Origin: Epithemia pelagica
Taxonomy: Eukaryota > Protista > Bacillariophyta
Direction of reading: 5' to 3'
Assembly: GCA_946965045.2 (NCBI GenBank)
Contig: OX337230.1
Span: forward strand, 2,170,001 to 2,234,000
Length of the DNA stretch: 64,000 nucleotides
Shown piece after piece: positions 34,143 through 46,723 of this stretch. The notes beneath the pieces were generated by a model. It worked only from the letters and a program-made list of their open reading frames with translations, was not told the origin of the DNA and ran no database searches. How positions within the stretch are numbered: the stretch's first letter is position 1; every line of letters begins with the position of its first letter. Made by a program: the position numbers and the translations under genes.

Positions 34143-36868
34143 ATGGATGACGCAGAAGCTACCGAAAAGAAGCTGACGGAGTTGCTCTCACGGGTTCTAT
34201 TGACGGAAGCAGATGAGGAAGTCGACGGCCTGGACGAGGACTTGGTGTCCTACATGTCGGGTATGTTGGCCGCAAAGATGGATGAAGACGGCGAAAAGGC
34301 GGAAGTCGTAGAGGAAGCTGTAAGCGAGGTTTTGGTTCCTTTTCTGGAAAATTTCGACTGCCCTATGAGTTTGATAGACCGAGCGAAACAGTCCATCTCC
34401 GAGCTTTTGCTGGCTGCATCTTCTGGTGCGAACAACAATAACAAATCCAATGCCTCAACCACCCGGAAGTTGACCCAAGGTGTTGTTAGTATGTCAAGTG
34501 ACTTGGACGCAGGTAGTGCTGCAGATAATGATGCAAACCGATTTTTATGGGGAAAGGAGGGAGGAGTCAAAGCAACGCACAATACACTGATTGATGCGTA
34601 TGCCACTGACAAGGAAAACTTGGCTTCGGCCAAAGACAAACGTAGGACAAGAAAGAAAGAACTCGAAAAGGCTCGCAAATTGTTGTCGAGTCAAAATGAC
34701 GAAGATATTGATACTGCGGGTGGTGGCCTGGTGCGTATGAAGTATCAGGACTTTGCCAGCAGTGCGGGAGGCACAAAGGACAAGAAGAAGGATATTCAAG
34801 TGCGCAATGTCACAGTGTCTCTGGATAATGGCACCGTCTTGATGGATAACAGCGAACTGAAATTTGCTTATCAACGTCGCTATGGTTTGATTGGTGAAAA
34901 TGGAGTGGGAAAGTCGACACTTTTGAAATTCATTGCTCGCGGTGAAGATATGAAGGATTTTCCCGCTCATTTGAGAGTACTACATGTTCGACAGGAAGTT
35001 CCTGCTCATTTGTCTCAAGAGTTGACTGTCGTTCAGGCAGTGTTACAGTCAGATGAAGAGCGGAATGACTTGTTGCGTACCGAAAAGCAGTTATTGGCGA
35101 AGTTGGAAATGGCGGGTGGAAGTGATGATGGCGACGAAGGAAGTGGAAGCCAATCGCTTGAAGAAAAACGCAAGAAACTAACTGCGACACAACAGCAACA
35201 AAACAACGCAGATGAAGGAGGAGCCGTGTCCGCGGCATCCATGAGTGAACTACAAAATGACTTGAAAAAACTTGACCACGTCTATGCACGCTTGCAATCG
35301 CTTGGTAGCGATACGGCACAATCACGAGCTGCCATGATCTTGTCAGGCCTTCAGTTCTCGCTAGAACAACAGCAGAAACCAGTCGCCGACTTATCGGGAG
35401 GATGGAAAATGAGAGTCGCTTTGGCAGGTAAGTTCAAACGAATGTCTAAAGGGACAGACTAAGGAGTGTTTGCCTTGATGCGATGTGACCATGCCTCATC
35501 ATAAGTTGAATTATTGCGATAGCTGCTCTTTTTATCCAGCCTGAATTGCTCATGCTGGACGAACCAACGAACCATTTGGGTAAGTCGGAGACCGGCCAGA
35601 CTTTTTGGAAGTTTGTTACGCGTCAAACTCACCCAGTATTGCTGTTGCAATAAAACAAAACAGACCTAGAGGCGTTGGTGTGGTTGGAAAGTTATCTCGT
35701 CAACTACTCCCATACGTTGGTGGTTGTTAGTCACGATCGTGGGTTTTTGAACGAGGTTTGCACTGACATTGTTGATTTCAAGAACCGAAAGTTGACGTAC
35801 TATCGTGGGAACTTTGATAATTATGTCAAACAACGCGATGAGAATACACGCAACGCTATGCGGGCGTACCAGGCCTATCAGTCCAAGCGAGAGCACATGA
35901 TGGAATTCATTGAAAAGTTCCGAGCCAATGCGAAACGTGCGACCATGGTTCAATCCAGAATCAAAGCCGTAGAAAAGATGGACGCTGAGGCACCCGAGCC
36001 TGTCGAAATGGAATCAATTTGGCGTTTCAGCATCCCTGCATCTAGTCCTCTTGGTCCTCCAATCATCGCTGTAAATGATGTCTCTTTTGATTACCATGCA
36101 GAAGGGAAATCAGAGTCTAACTACTTGTTACAAAAAGTGAACTTCGGTGTCACTCTGACATCCCGGATTGCCATTCTGGGTGCGAATGGGCAAGGTAAAT
36201 GGACTCCGATTTTACATTCTTTCGCTTTTCTTATCTATGGGCAGTTTTCTCATCCGTCAGTTTCTTTTTTTTTCTCTTGATCGATATTTGAAGGCAAATC
36301 TACGCTGTTAAAGTTAATCATGGGATTGCTACGACCCTCTAGTGGAACAGTTTCGGTTAATTCAGGGCTTCGAATTGCCTATTTTACCCAACACGCTGGA
36401 GACAACTTCGACTTGAAGATGTCTGCGTTGGAGAATATGCTCACTATGTACGAAAATGCAGAAGATCAAGAAATGCGCTCGTTCCTCGGCCGCTTCCAAA
36501 TCCAAGGCAACGATGCATTGAAACCAATGATGCTTTTATCGGGCGGACAGAAGAGCCGTGTTGCATTTGCTGCGTTGGCCTATAAACAACCCCATATCCT
36601 GGTCATTGATGAAGGTTCAAATCATTTATCCATGTCAGCAGTCGAAGCGCTGGTCGAAGCAATCAAAGATTTCAAAGGAGGCTTGCTCGTGGTCAGTCAT
36701 GACCAGTTCTTTGTGTCCAACACATGTAGTGAATTGTGGGTCGTCAAGGACGGCGCATGCTCAAGATTCAGAGGTGATTTTGATGAATACAAGAAGCACA
36801 GCGCTGAGATAACTCAAAAACGAGTTGAAGAGAGCGTCAAGCGCGTGGCGACCATGAACCAGACATAG
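34143..36868 (+). CDS. ABCF3: ABC-F family ATPase (GCN20/ABCF3-like), 4 exons
   Basis: Two NBDs (GENGVGKST, LSGGW, LDEPTNHLD; GANGQGKST, LSGGQ). GT-AG introns 35428-35522, 35580-35663 and 36195-36293 restore the frame. Confidence 0.93.
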
Positions 36869-36927
36869 CTCCTGCATTAAGTGTAAGTGCGCGTAACGCT
36901 TACCATCAACAGCGTCTTTGTCTCTTT

Positions 36928-37797
36928 TTACGCTGGCGACCAGACCGGAAAAGTTATTTGATGCGTTAGAGAGCCATTGATGCTCGCTTGTTTGTCCCTT
37001 ATAGATTCTGAACTCACCACATCCTTCGTCTCTTTCAGAACATGCGGGGAAACGTCCAGCTCATACTCATCGAATGTCTGCGTTTCGGTAACGATGCTTC
37101 CAGATTTCGGGGATGCATGAAGGAGAGGATCCGGGTCGAGTGACACGCAAACTTCCCTTTCAACAAAAAGCGGTTTCAGAGGCTCTGATTTCCCTTGTGG
37201 ATATGTGATGCTTGGTCGAGACCTATGATTCTGATCGCAGCTTGTAAAGCTTTCTCGATAAGGCTCTTTTCTGTACGCACCCCTTTTCTTCCCTGTTCCT
37301 TTGCCTCTTGGTGGTGGCTCGTAAATCGCGCACGAGGTTGATTGAGGCACCGATCGCGGTAAAATTGGAACGTGTCGACCTCCTGATAGAGAAGAGATCA
37401 TCTGCCTTGTCCTTTGTGTCTTTTGAAGCCTTATGCTCGAAGATTGACTATCACAAGTCTTCGTTACACAGGGAATTGTGCTCTCGGTGCTCTCTTGTAC
37501 ATTTTTGATCGTGTTCTCCACTTCATTGGCCTGTAGAGCAATCACCTTTCCGTGTTGTTGATCATTCAGGGGCAGCCTGTCACTACCGAAAGCGATTGTC
37601 TCCGAGTTGTTAGTTTCGGTATGCAAGAACTCATGCTCCTCTTCGAAGTCATGCAGCAGTGGGTCCAGATCTGCATTCGTAAGGACATCAACTGGACAAA
37701 GACTTTCCATGGAAATACACACTTCCTCTTCTCCCTCTTGACTCTGCGAGACTTTAGCGTCTTCTTCCTTCTCGTTGCCAACGGTTTTCGTGCTCAT
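36928..37797 (-). CDS. Hypothetical protein (289 aa)
   Basis: Long open ATG-initiated frame between two conserved genes; no domain recognised. Confidence 0.5.
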   Translation of the reverse strand: MSTKTVGNEKEEDAKVSQSQEGEEEVCISMESLCPVDVLTNADLDPLLHDFEEEHEFLHTETNNSETIAFGSDRLPLNDQQHGKVIALQANEVENTIKNVQESTESTIPCVTKTCDSQSSSIRLQKTQRTRQMISSLSGGRHVPILPRSVPQSTSCAIYEPPPRGKGTGKKRGAYRKEPYRESFTSCDQNHRSRPSITYPQGKSEPLKPLFVEREVCVSLDPDPLLHASPKSGSIVTETQTFDEYELDVSPHVLKETKDVVSSESIRDKQASINGSLTHQITFPVWSPA

Positions 37798-38298
37798 TTA
37801 AATTCCAAGGCTTCAGGCAAGGTGTGTTCTGGTCATCAGGCATGTGGGATCCGTGTGCTTTGACGAAGGATGGGAAGGCTACAGCACCCGTTTCCTGTAT
37901 CACCCTGATCCCTTTTGCCCATGCAACTCACCATTCTCTCAATGATTTATGGCCGAATAACCTATTGTATCGACATGAGAAAGTAACATCTTAAGTAGAC
38001 GAAGTTCCGACCAAGGGATGGGTCGCGTTTAACCTCCAATCAGCTTGAAAGATAAAAAATCCACAAATTGTTTGTGGGTGGCCAATGGAGAAGGAACTCT
38101 AAGCCTTATTTCATTAGGTCAGTGCCGATCTTAGTATGGTCTGTATTTCTTTTCAAGAAACTGTAGAATGTCGCATTTGTCTTCCCCTTTTCCCCAAGTG
38201 TTTGATCCTGGAGAGACTGGAGACAACCACGAGGCCACGAGGAGATTCAAGATTTTTCAGGTGAACTTCAAAAATCAGGCACAACTTGTTTAAAGTGC

Positions 38299-40935
38299 TC
38301 AGTCTTTTTCATCTGTTGCATCATCGTCCTTTTGCTGTATGATATCCATCGCACTTTCTAGTACGCGAGTTTCATCGTCCTCTTCGGTGCGTCGGTCCCC
38401 GAAGCGTTCCTTCACCATGGTATCAATTTCTTCGGCCAACATTAGAAACTCTTGATTAGGACAAATCTTTTCGAAAATTACCTTGGCTTGCTCAAAAGCG
38501 GAATCCAGCACAAGCCCAGGAGCTGGTCGATGAACAATGTGCAATCCATTGGTATTGCTGCCAGCTGCGACCGCGCCCTCATCGAATAGGGGGTAACTGA
38601 ACTCAACGTGGAAGATTTCTTGGCAGTCATCCGAGTCCTGACCATCCCCATCACCTCCACTTGGGAATGGAGTTTTGTTTTCTTGTCTCTTCTTCATTCG
38701 CTCTTGTTTTTGCTGTTCAAGAATGGTCTTCATGGCACGTTGGAGGATGGAATCATTCACTTCCTTTTCATCGTCGTTGCCTTCGTCATCCACTACGGTG
38801 GAGAGATGCACCACCGAGCACCCGATACGTGGTTCTCGGACCGACAAGTGCGGTGCCACATGAACAGATTCATCAAACACCAAGCCGTGAATGGTATAAG
38901 AATGGTCGGTCGAAGAACCATCACTTTGCTGCTCCTGAGGGGGAAGAATAATGGCTAATCGTTGTTGCTCATCGGGACTGGATACCAAAGGCTTGCCTCG
39001 TACAATACTGATTCGTCGCATCACTCTACGCTTTCGCACAATGCCTCCGCTGCTGGTACTGGGTTCTGCAAATGCGAGGCTATTTTCGGGAACAATCACA
39101 TGATCGCATGCCACAAGTTTCCATGAGCTCGGATTCGTTTCGGATTCGGGTTGCTTTTCTGGATCGAGTTCCTCGGGAGCGGGTGGCTGCAACCACACGC
39201 CAGTCACCTGATCGTTGGGTTTGTGATTGCCATCGTCATTGGTACCATCCGTCGAAATTCCGACGACGCTCCGTCGCAGCAAGTACGTTCCACCGTACAC
39301 AGCAGCCGATCGACAAAATGCCTGAGACAGTTCTCCGCTTCCATAAAGAGGTACTAAAAAGGCCGTCGTGCCAAACCGTCCCAATGCTTGCACGTGGCGA
39401 CACAATCGCTTCATTCCTTGTTCCAACGACGTGCAGGAAGACGACAAAGAACTGTCCGCAATGGGTTCAAGTGCCAAGGCATAGCGAACTAGAGATACCA
39501 ACGACTGAGACAATTTATGCTTTTCTCTCAGATATCTCTCAAATTGCCAGACAGAAGACAATCCTTCCTGTTCTTGATGCTCTTCCAAGCACTGTTGCAG
39601 AATTGTCATGTCTTGTGTCGTGACGGCTTTATTCTGGGGTCGAGCAAGCGACCGTCCTTGGTTCAAATGACGCTCGTTCCAAGACGTGACGGCTTCTTCC
39701 GACATTGGTACGGGTTCCAGTCCTCGCTGCTCCTGTTCTTGTTCGTCCTTGGTTTTGTCGGCACTAGGAGTTTCCTCGTTGCTTTCCTGCCCTTCCACGC
39801 CACTCGTGACATCACTGTTGTTCAGTAGAAGGCCGTAGTCGAGTGCCAATTGTAAAAATTTCATGAGTCGCCGTTTCTCCATGGGGGATAGGAGAGTGGA
39901 TGAAAAGACATCATTTTTGCTGCAGGGGACTGGCTTTAGATTCGGTCCACCCTTGTCATTTTTGGTGTTACTGCTGCTACTTGCATACAGCAATTGTTCG
40001 AGGGACTTGAATTCCATGTAGTCCGAGACACCACTTCGGAGCAACCCTTGAACGGCAGGTCCCCAGGCAAACAACAAACCGGGCGAGATATCCAAGGCAA
40101 AGGAAGAGGCAGATCGCGTCTCCTCCAAAAGCTGGTTATCCACTCGCTCATGCCACGACTGCACGCATGCTCCGGAACTGACTGCTCTGGGGCTCGTAGG
40201 GGTCTGCTGAGCAGCAGTAGTAGCAGAAGAAGAAGAAGAAGCTGCATAATATTGATCAACCACTCGCTGCAACTCGGAAGAAGTCCAATCGGAAGGATTC
40301 TTTTGGTGAATTTCGTCCTTGTTGTCCATTGAATTGCGCAAATCCTCCAAGGGAATGGCAAGATGAAGATTGGGATGACTTCCATTGGCTAGTGTCCATG
40401 TGGTCAAGGCCAAGGTGATGTGAACACGTGAATATTCTTGTTCAAAAGCAACGCTTGATACTTGGGCCATACCGTAAGTTGTATGAACCATCGTGTTTGG
40501 TCTAGCAATGGTATAATTCTGGAGTCGTTGCATACTGTGAATCACCAGACCCACGGTAGTATCCAAAGGAGACACGGGAATTCTTCTTCTTTGTCGTTCC
40601 TCTTCACCATGGGGAGGAGCATCTGGGGCCGCACTGGTGTTTTCCCGTTTCTCATTGGGCTTCAAGTGTTCACGGATGAACGGTAAGGTCCAAATCGCAT
40701 CTAAGGATCCATAGTATTCCGATGCATCGCAATGCAAAATGGATTTTCCTGCTCGAGCCAATGCTGAGGCCACAATGGATTCCACCAACCCGGTTCCGTA
40801 AAGAATGACATCGTATTTTCGTCGCAATCCTTCCTCGTCAGTCGTATCGTCCTCCTCCTCCATTTTGACTTCCTTATCAGTTGTTTCATCCGCTAGGGTC
40901 GGAGCCGAGCGGTGCTGATCGTCGTTGTTCCCCAT
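38299..40935 (-). CDS. REP: Rab escort protein / Rab GDI-family protein (REP/CHM-like)
   Basis: YDVILYGTGLVESIVASALARAGKSILHCD..YYG, FALDISP, SDYMEFK, PLYGSGELSQAFCRSAAVYGG. First ATG at 40935. Confidence 0.9.
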   Translation of the reverse strand: MGNNDDQHRSAPTLADETTDKEVKMEEEDDTTDEEGLRRKYDVILYGTGLVESIVASALARAGKSILHCDASEYYGSLDAIWTLPFIREHLKPNEKRENTSAAPDAPPHGEEERQRRRIPVSPLDTTVGLVIHSMQRLQNYTIARPNTMVHTTYGMAQVSSVAFEQEYSRVHITLALTTWTLANGSHPNLHLAIPLEDLRNSMDNKDEIHQKNPSDWTSSELQRVVDQYYAASSSSSATTAAQQTPTSPRAVSSGACVQSWHERVDNQLLEETRSASSFALDISPGLLFAWGPAVQGLLRSGVSDYMEFKSLEQLLYASSSSNTKNDKGGPNLKPVPCSKNDVFSSTLLSPMEKRRLMKFLQLALDYGLLLNNSDVTSGVEGQESNEETPSADKTKDEQEQEQRGLEPVPMSEEAVTSWNERHLNQGRSLARPQNKAVTTQDMTILQQCLEEHQEQEGLSSVWQFERYLREKHKLSQSLVSLVRYALALEPIADSSLSSSCTSLEQGMKRLCRHVQALGRFGTTAFLVPLYGSGELSQAFCRSAAVYGGTYLLRRSVVGISTDGTNDDGNHKPNDQVTGVWLQPPAPEELDPEKQPESETNPSSWKLVACDHVIVPENSLAFAEPSTSSGGIVRKRRVMRRISIVRGKPLVSSPDEQQRLAIILPPQEQQSDGSSTDHSYTIHGLVFDESVHVAPHLSVREPRIGCSVVHLSTVVDDEGNDDEKEVNDSILQRAMKTILEQQKQERMKKRQENKTPFPSGGDGDGQDSDDCQEIFHVEFSYPLFDEGAVAAGSNTNGLHIVHRPAPGLVLDSAFEQAKVIFEKICPNQEFLMLAEEIDTMVKERFGDRRTEEDDETRVLESAMDIIQQKDDDATDEKD

Positions 40936-41090
40936 GGCGGCAAGTCCTCGACGTTTTGTTAGTGGGAGTAAGAATGAGACGTGGTGGAGAGACCCATATG
41001 CGACCAATATTATCCCCTTGGTGCGTCTGATCCGCTACCGATTGCGTCGGAATCTTTTTCGTGGCCCGCGATCTGTTTCACCAAATCACC

Positions 41091-43262
41091 ATGCCGAAGA
41101 AGAAGAAAGCCAATCATCGACAAAAGCGTTCTGCCGACGAAACCACCCTTACAGGAGACAGTGGTGATGGTGAGGGGACCAATCAGGAAGTTGGGTTCCA
41201 AAAGGAAACTTTGGACACCGTATCCTCTTCGATTAAGAAATCCAAACGTGCCAAAACCATCTCACCACCACCAACCGTCAAACCTCGCACGGATCAAACA
41301 CCTGACTCTTTCGGTACAAGCGCTAGACACTCTCATGGGACGAATGCCGTCACCACTGCCAACGTGACATCTTTGGATGCCTCACAAACGACCATTCTGG
41401 AGAATTATCCCAATCTTTTGGAGGATCTGTTATCACCAGGAGCATTGACCGTGCAAGACTTTCTACAGACCAAGTTTCGACAAGAAGCCTATCATGTTCC
41501 AGCAGTGACTTTACCGTCGTCGAGAAGATTGTCGGACAAACAGAAAGAAAGCAAGAGCCACCGGCAGACTGATTCTGCAAGCGACCCTCATCCTCGCATG
41601 GCTGGTATTGTCGAACGTCTCTTTGATTTGGACGTCGAACAACTCATGGAACACACGGCTTCCGAAAATATTTTCGTTTGGCTCAAAGATCATACTACCA
41701 ATTCGCCCTTGATCCGATCCATTGAAGTGGGTGACAGTGAAACAGCCTTGGCCTTGTATCGAGCTGGCCATTCCACCTATTTTCGGGCTCCACCGGAATT
41801 GGAAGAACTCTTGGTCCCTGCCTTGCTCGAAAATACTGGTTTGGGTTGTGGACAGTACCATGCTGTACACAACAGCAATACTCGAAATGGTATGATTCCT
41901 GTTACCACGGCGTCTGCCTGCTTGGGCCGGGGCGAAATTGAATTGTTTTTGTCGGCTCAAGCAGGTGCAGTCACGGAATGGCACTACGATTTCCAAGAAA
42001 ACTTTACATTGCAACTGTCGGGTCGCAAAAAATGGACCTTGCAACACAGTACTCCATATCATGTCTTGTCACGAGCCGTAACTCCGCATTACCAGGCCGA
42101 GTCCGTCGTGGAAGGACAACTCTTGGCGGCCCGATTGGCCTCCGCCACCACCACCACCAACAACAACAGCAAAGAGTGTAATGGCAACGAGCAAAAGGAA
42201 GAGCACAACATGTTTCAATTTGGACCACCCGATCCGACCGCTCGACACAATGCACGAGGGGAACCGCAAGAAGTGATTTTGGAACCAGGAGATGTCTTGT
42301 ACTTTCCAGCTGGTATGTGGCACAAGGTGCAAGTATTGGAACCCGGTGTATCCCTCAACATTAGTCTCATGGCCATGAATTATGCCAGTCTCACGTGTCA
42401 GGCCCTAGAACATTACTTGTTACAACGACATGGTCAGTGGCGACAAACCATACTCACACACCATTACCATGACCGTGCGACTTACGGAACGACCAACCTC
42501 TTCAACGAATCGTTGTCGCATTCAAGTTCGCCGAGGTCGGCCGTAGAGCAGTTGCAATACCTACTGGAGCATGACTTAACCCAGGCGGTACATGACTTAC
42601 TACAAAAACACGGCGGAGCTTCGGCCATCTTGCCTCCTGTTCTACACAACGGGCAAATGACGAATCCACTGAACGGAGATGGAAAACATGGAAATCACAA
42701 CAACACTGACGACCAGGAGGACAATGATGACCAAGAGGACCATGATACTGAAACCATCGACGACGAAAACGACAATGAAACTAGTCCCGGAGAAGAGACC
42801 GACCTTGATGAACATGGGACTGTTATTCCCATGGACGATCAGCCCCCGCCTCGGACACTCGCATTTGATCCGTCACATGCGGCTCTGACTGAGAAACTGA
42901 AAACGCACCGGCTCATTCGCAACCCTTTGGCCATGCTTATTCGAAACGACGATATCACTCGCTATTACAAGAGCACTTGTCACGACACAACGCAGAAGGA
43001 CGACAGTGACCGTGACGAAAGAGCGGGGACGTTGTTTGTGCTGAATTTTAACTTTGCCGGAAGCGAGTTGTCGCGTGAGAGCTTTGTTCGGGCGACACTT
43101 TCTTCGATGACCCATGCTGCTCTGGATACCATGTTCCTCGACGAGCAAAATGCCGACGATCAATCTACAGCTTTGATACAGTCAGGAGCAGATAAGGACT
43201 GCAATACTGTAGCTTGGTTGGTGTATCTCGGATACTTGGTGTGGGTAAAACGAAGGCTTTGA
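41091..43262 (+). CDS. JmjC/cupin 2-oxoglutarate oxygenase (RIOX/Cupin_4-like) with a basic N-terminal NLS-like stretch
   Basis: TEWHYDFQENFTLQLSGRKKW and LEPGDVLYFPAGMWHKV give the HxD...H triad. Confidence 0.85.
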   Translation: MPKKKKANHRQKRSADETTLTGDSGDGEGTNQEVGFQKETLDTVSSSIKKSKRAKTISPPPTVKPRTDQTPDSFGTSARHSHGTNAVTTANVTSLDASQTTILENYPNLLEDLLSPGALTVQDFLQTKFRQEAYHVPAVTLPSSRRLSDKQKESKSHRQTDSASDPHPRMAGIVERLFDLDVEQLMEHTASENIFVWLKDHTTNSPLIRSIEVGDSETALALYRAGHSTYFRAPPELEELLVPALLENTGLGCGQYHAVHNSNTRNGMIPVTTASACLGRGEIELFLSAQAGAVTEWHYDFQENFTLQLSGRKKWTLQHSTPYHVLSRAVTPHYQAESVVEGQLLAARLASATTTTNNNSKECNGNEQKEEHNMFQFGPPDPTARHNARGEPQEVILEPGDVLYFPAGMWHKVQVLEPGVSLNISLMAMNYASLTCQALEHYLLQRHGQWRQTILTHHYHDRATYGTTNLFNESLSHSSSPRSAVEQLQYLLEHDLTQAVHDLLQKHGGASAILPPVLHNGQMTNPLNGDGKHGNHNNTDDQEDNDDQEDHDTETIDDENDNETSPGEETDLDEHGTVIPMDDQPPPRTLAFDPSHAALTEKLKTHRLIRNPLAMLIRNDDITRYYKSTCHDTTQKDDSDRDERAGTLFVLNFNFAGSELSRESFVRATLSSMTHAALDTMFLDEQNADDQSTALIQSGADKDCNTVAWLVYLGYLVWVKRRL

Positions 43263-43991
43263 TTCCGATGATTGGAGGCGCATCACATATTGCTATGAGA
43301 TCCCCACATGCTGGACGAGAATGGGTAAACTGACCCACGATTTCTAGCACAGTATGATGAAGTAAGAAACTCCATTGGACTTGCGCATTCTGGTCCATAA
43401 ACGGCGTCTTGCAAAGCCATTTCTTCAGCGAAAATGGTCATACTCGGGAATGAGATGTGACTGCGTACAAAAGGTAGATACATGGTCTACGACTAGATTG
43501 ATGTCTTACTCCTACTGCTATTTGGTATTTGGTACCCTCAGAAGTCAGAAGATGCAAAAAGGTACTCCTAATATATAGGAATTGCCTTAGAGCTCTCACT
43601 TTAAAATCTGTTTTGGTAGGCGCAGTTCCGCTTCAGTCGCATGTGTCCCGATTGGCAATTTCAGTGGCACAAAAAATGAGCGTGTCATGACAACAAGTGT
43701 CATGACCCACGACTTTACATTCAAGCGATGTCAACTTGAGTTCCGTGACTGCTGTGACTGAACCTAAAGAGCCTTCCACTTTCTGAAAACACGAACAACG
43801 CTAGATAGTTTGGTCTTGACACATTGTCACAAGTTGCCACCCGGAGAACAAGTCCCATGCAACCGGAATCAGTGACACGCCGATGGCTGTGGAGGCAAGG
43901 GAAGGAAGACATCAAAAAATCTCATTCCTGATATAACATAACATCCAAAGACTTCAGAACGCTATCTGGCTGTCGAGCATTCATCTTTACA

Positions 43992-46113
43992 ATGGTGCTA
44001 CAATCTCTTCGCAATACGGCGCTTTCCCGATGTGCGACGCAATCGCTTGTTCGATCAAGCTATATTGGGTGCTACCGTGCCTTGTCATCCGTGTATAAGC
44101 CCGACCTACCGACATGGCAAGCCAAGGGCTTTCTCGACGAACGAGGTCTGACCGTTTTTGGAACCCTACATGAAATGGTGGATCGAAGCTGCCAAGTGTT
44201 TGGACCCAAGAATCTGTTTGGAACATACTCCGAAACATCAAAAAGCTTTGAATGGATGAACTTTCAAGAATTTGCCGACAAGGTTGACTCATGCAGAGCC
44301 GTCTTGCATGATCTTGGTAAGTTGGAAATGACCGTCGTTGACACCCAAAAGATCCGACTCTGAACGATTTTGTTTTCGAACGTTGTTAATAGGTGTCAGG
44401 CAATACGATAAGGTTGCAGTCATTAGCAACAATCGCTGGGAATGGGCTGCACTTGCAGCAGCTGCTTACAGTATGAACGCTAATCTCGTTCCCATGTACG
44501 AAGCTCAGCTACCGTCCGATTGGACGTTTATCATCAACGACTCTGAAGCCAAAGTTCTCTTTTGCGCCAATACTGATATTTTCAACCGTGTCTCTCGAGA
44601 GGTGAAAAGCAACACTCCTTTGTTACAAAGTGTACTAGTGTTGGATGGTGACGAAGGCGACGCGTTTTCCCTTGCAAGGGCTATGTCTTCTGTCACAGCT
44701 GACATTCACGACGAATTTGTTGCTCCACCGACACCTGACGATTTGGCCAACCTAATCTACACCAGTGGAACAACTGGAAAACCCAAAGGCGTTGAACTCA
44801 CGCATTTGAACTTTACGTCGAACGTCAAAGCCGCTGCCCGGTCCATGGTCACAGATCCCCATGACTTGATTCGTCCGCACGACGTCTCACTGGCCTTTTT
44901 GCCATGGGCACACTCCTATGGACAGACATGCGAACTTTGGATGGGCATTTCGCATGGCGCAGCTATGGGTATCTGCCGCGGTGTGCCGCTGATCCTCGAA
45001 GATCTGAGTCTCGTCAAGCCGAACAATCTATTTGCGGTACCGACACTATACAAGAAAATTTATGACGGTGTCCACAACATGATGGAGTCGGCATCCCCTA
45101 TCCGTAAACGCCTCATGCGCACGGCTCTTGATTTAGGTCATCGCAAAGTAGAAGCTGACATGGGACGAGCACCACCCCTGGGTTTCTTTGAAAATATGCA
45201 ATTCAAAGCGCTAGATCGACTGGTTCTTAGCAAGATCCGAGCTCGCTTTGGAGGCAATCTTCGCACGGGTTTTGTCGCTGGTGCTGCCTGTCCATCTGAG
45301 GTGTTGAATTTTATGGATTCCATTGGCATTCCAGTTTGTGAAGGTTATGGTCTTACGGAAACATCTCCTATTATCTGCATCAACACACCTGAAAATCGTT
45401 TTGTGGGTTCCGTGGGACGTCCAATTGGGGGCGTCCAAGTTTTTGTTGTTGACGAGGACGGTAAACCAGTGGCCTCGGGGGAAGAGGGCGAGATTTGCTG
45501 CGTCGGTCCCAATATCATGAGAGGCTACTACAAGAACCCAGATGCCACAAACGAAGTTATCTCCACTGCTCCCGATGGCAAATCAAGAATGTTCCATACT
45601 GGCGATCTTGGAAGAATGGATGCTGACGGATGGGTTCGGGTGACAGGTCGCCTCAAGGAGCAATACAAGCTTGAGAATGGCAAGTACGTTGTACCCACGC
45701 CCATTGAAGAAGCTATTGGAATGAGTCGGTTCATTACGCAAGTTGTCCTATGTGGAGCCAATCGCCCTTTTAACGTTGTACTTATTGTCCCTGATTTGGT
45801 GGCCATTCGAAAAGAGCTCAACATTAACGACAGCGTTTCGGACGGTGAGATGACAAAGGACAGCAACGTTCGAGATTTGATTGACAAAGAGATTGAATCG
45901 GGATGCCGCCATATGAAGAAATTTGAGATTCCTCAAGCGTGGGCATTTGTGGCCCCTTTTACTGCAGCAAACGGCATGTTGACACCGAAAATGTCCATTC
46001 GAAGACACAAGGTTATTCAAGCACACAAGGCCGAAATTTCACATTTGTATGGCGATGATCCCGTGGTATCCGAGGCGGCGGATTCGCAAGGGGCAAAAGA
46101 GGCTGCGGCGTAA
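43992..46113 (+). CDS. LACS: Long-chain acyl-CoA synthetase (AMP-binding), possible mitochondrial presequence; 2 exons
   Basis: IYTSGTTGKPKG, EGYGLTET and FHTGDLG motifs. Intron 44317-44392 restores DLG|VRQ. Confidence 0.92.
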
Positions 46114-46723
46114 CCAGAAGCAACTCGTACTGAGTGTTTTTCATAAACTGCCGTCGGCAATGTTTCTTAATTAAATTGATGCCAACCCAGGGATCCAACC
46201 ATTCACAGCACTTGTAACATATAGATAGTCCTAAGAACAGAGATCACAAGTAGACATTCAAAAAAGAGGGGATCGAATGGATGCATGTACTTGTTGCGAC
46301 AAATTGTTGGCCATCGATTTGCTACATGAAAATGAAATGGAGTGCGGGATTGCAGGGAATTCCAGTTTTATTGTGCGACTAACATCTTTTCAGTCATAGT
46401 GTCATGCTTTTACCGGGACTCAACTCTCGTATGCGAACGCACTTTGACACGCTTCTGACTTGCATTCATTTCCATTAAATAAGAATAAGAGATTCATGTC
46501 CTACGTGTTGACACCATAGGGCAACTCAGTGCGGAATACGGAATCGTTCCATGTCACATTCGTCTCGGATTGACACCTTCGACAAACATTGCTTATCAAG
46601 TCGTGTGTCGCATTCGCTATTCGCTCCCATCAATCGACCTCGAAAATCAAAACCATCCGAAGCTCATCTGCTCCCCGTCTGGGTATTTGGGTCACATCAA
46701 TCAGATCTCCAAAGAGCGAACAG

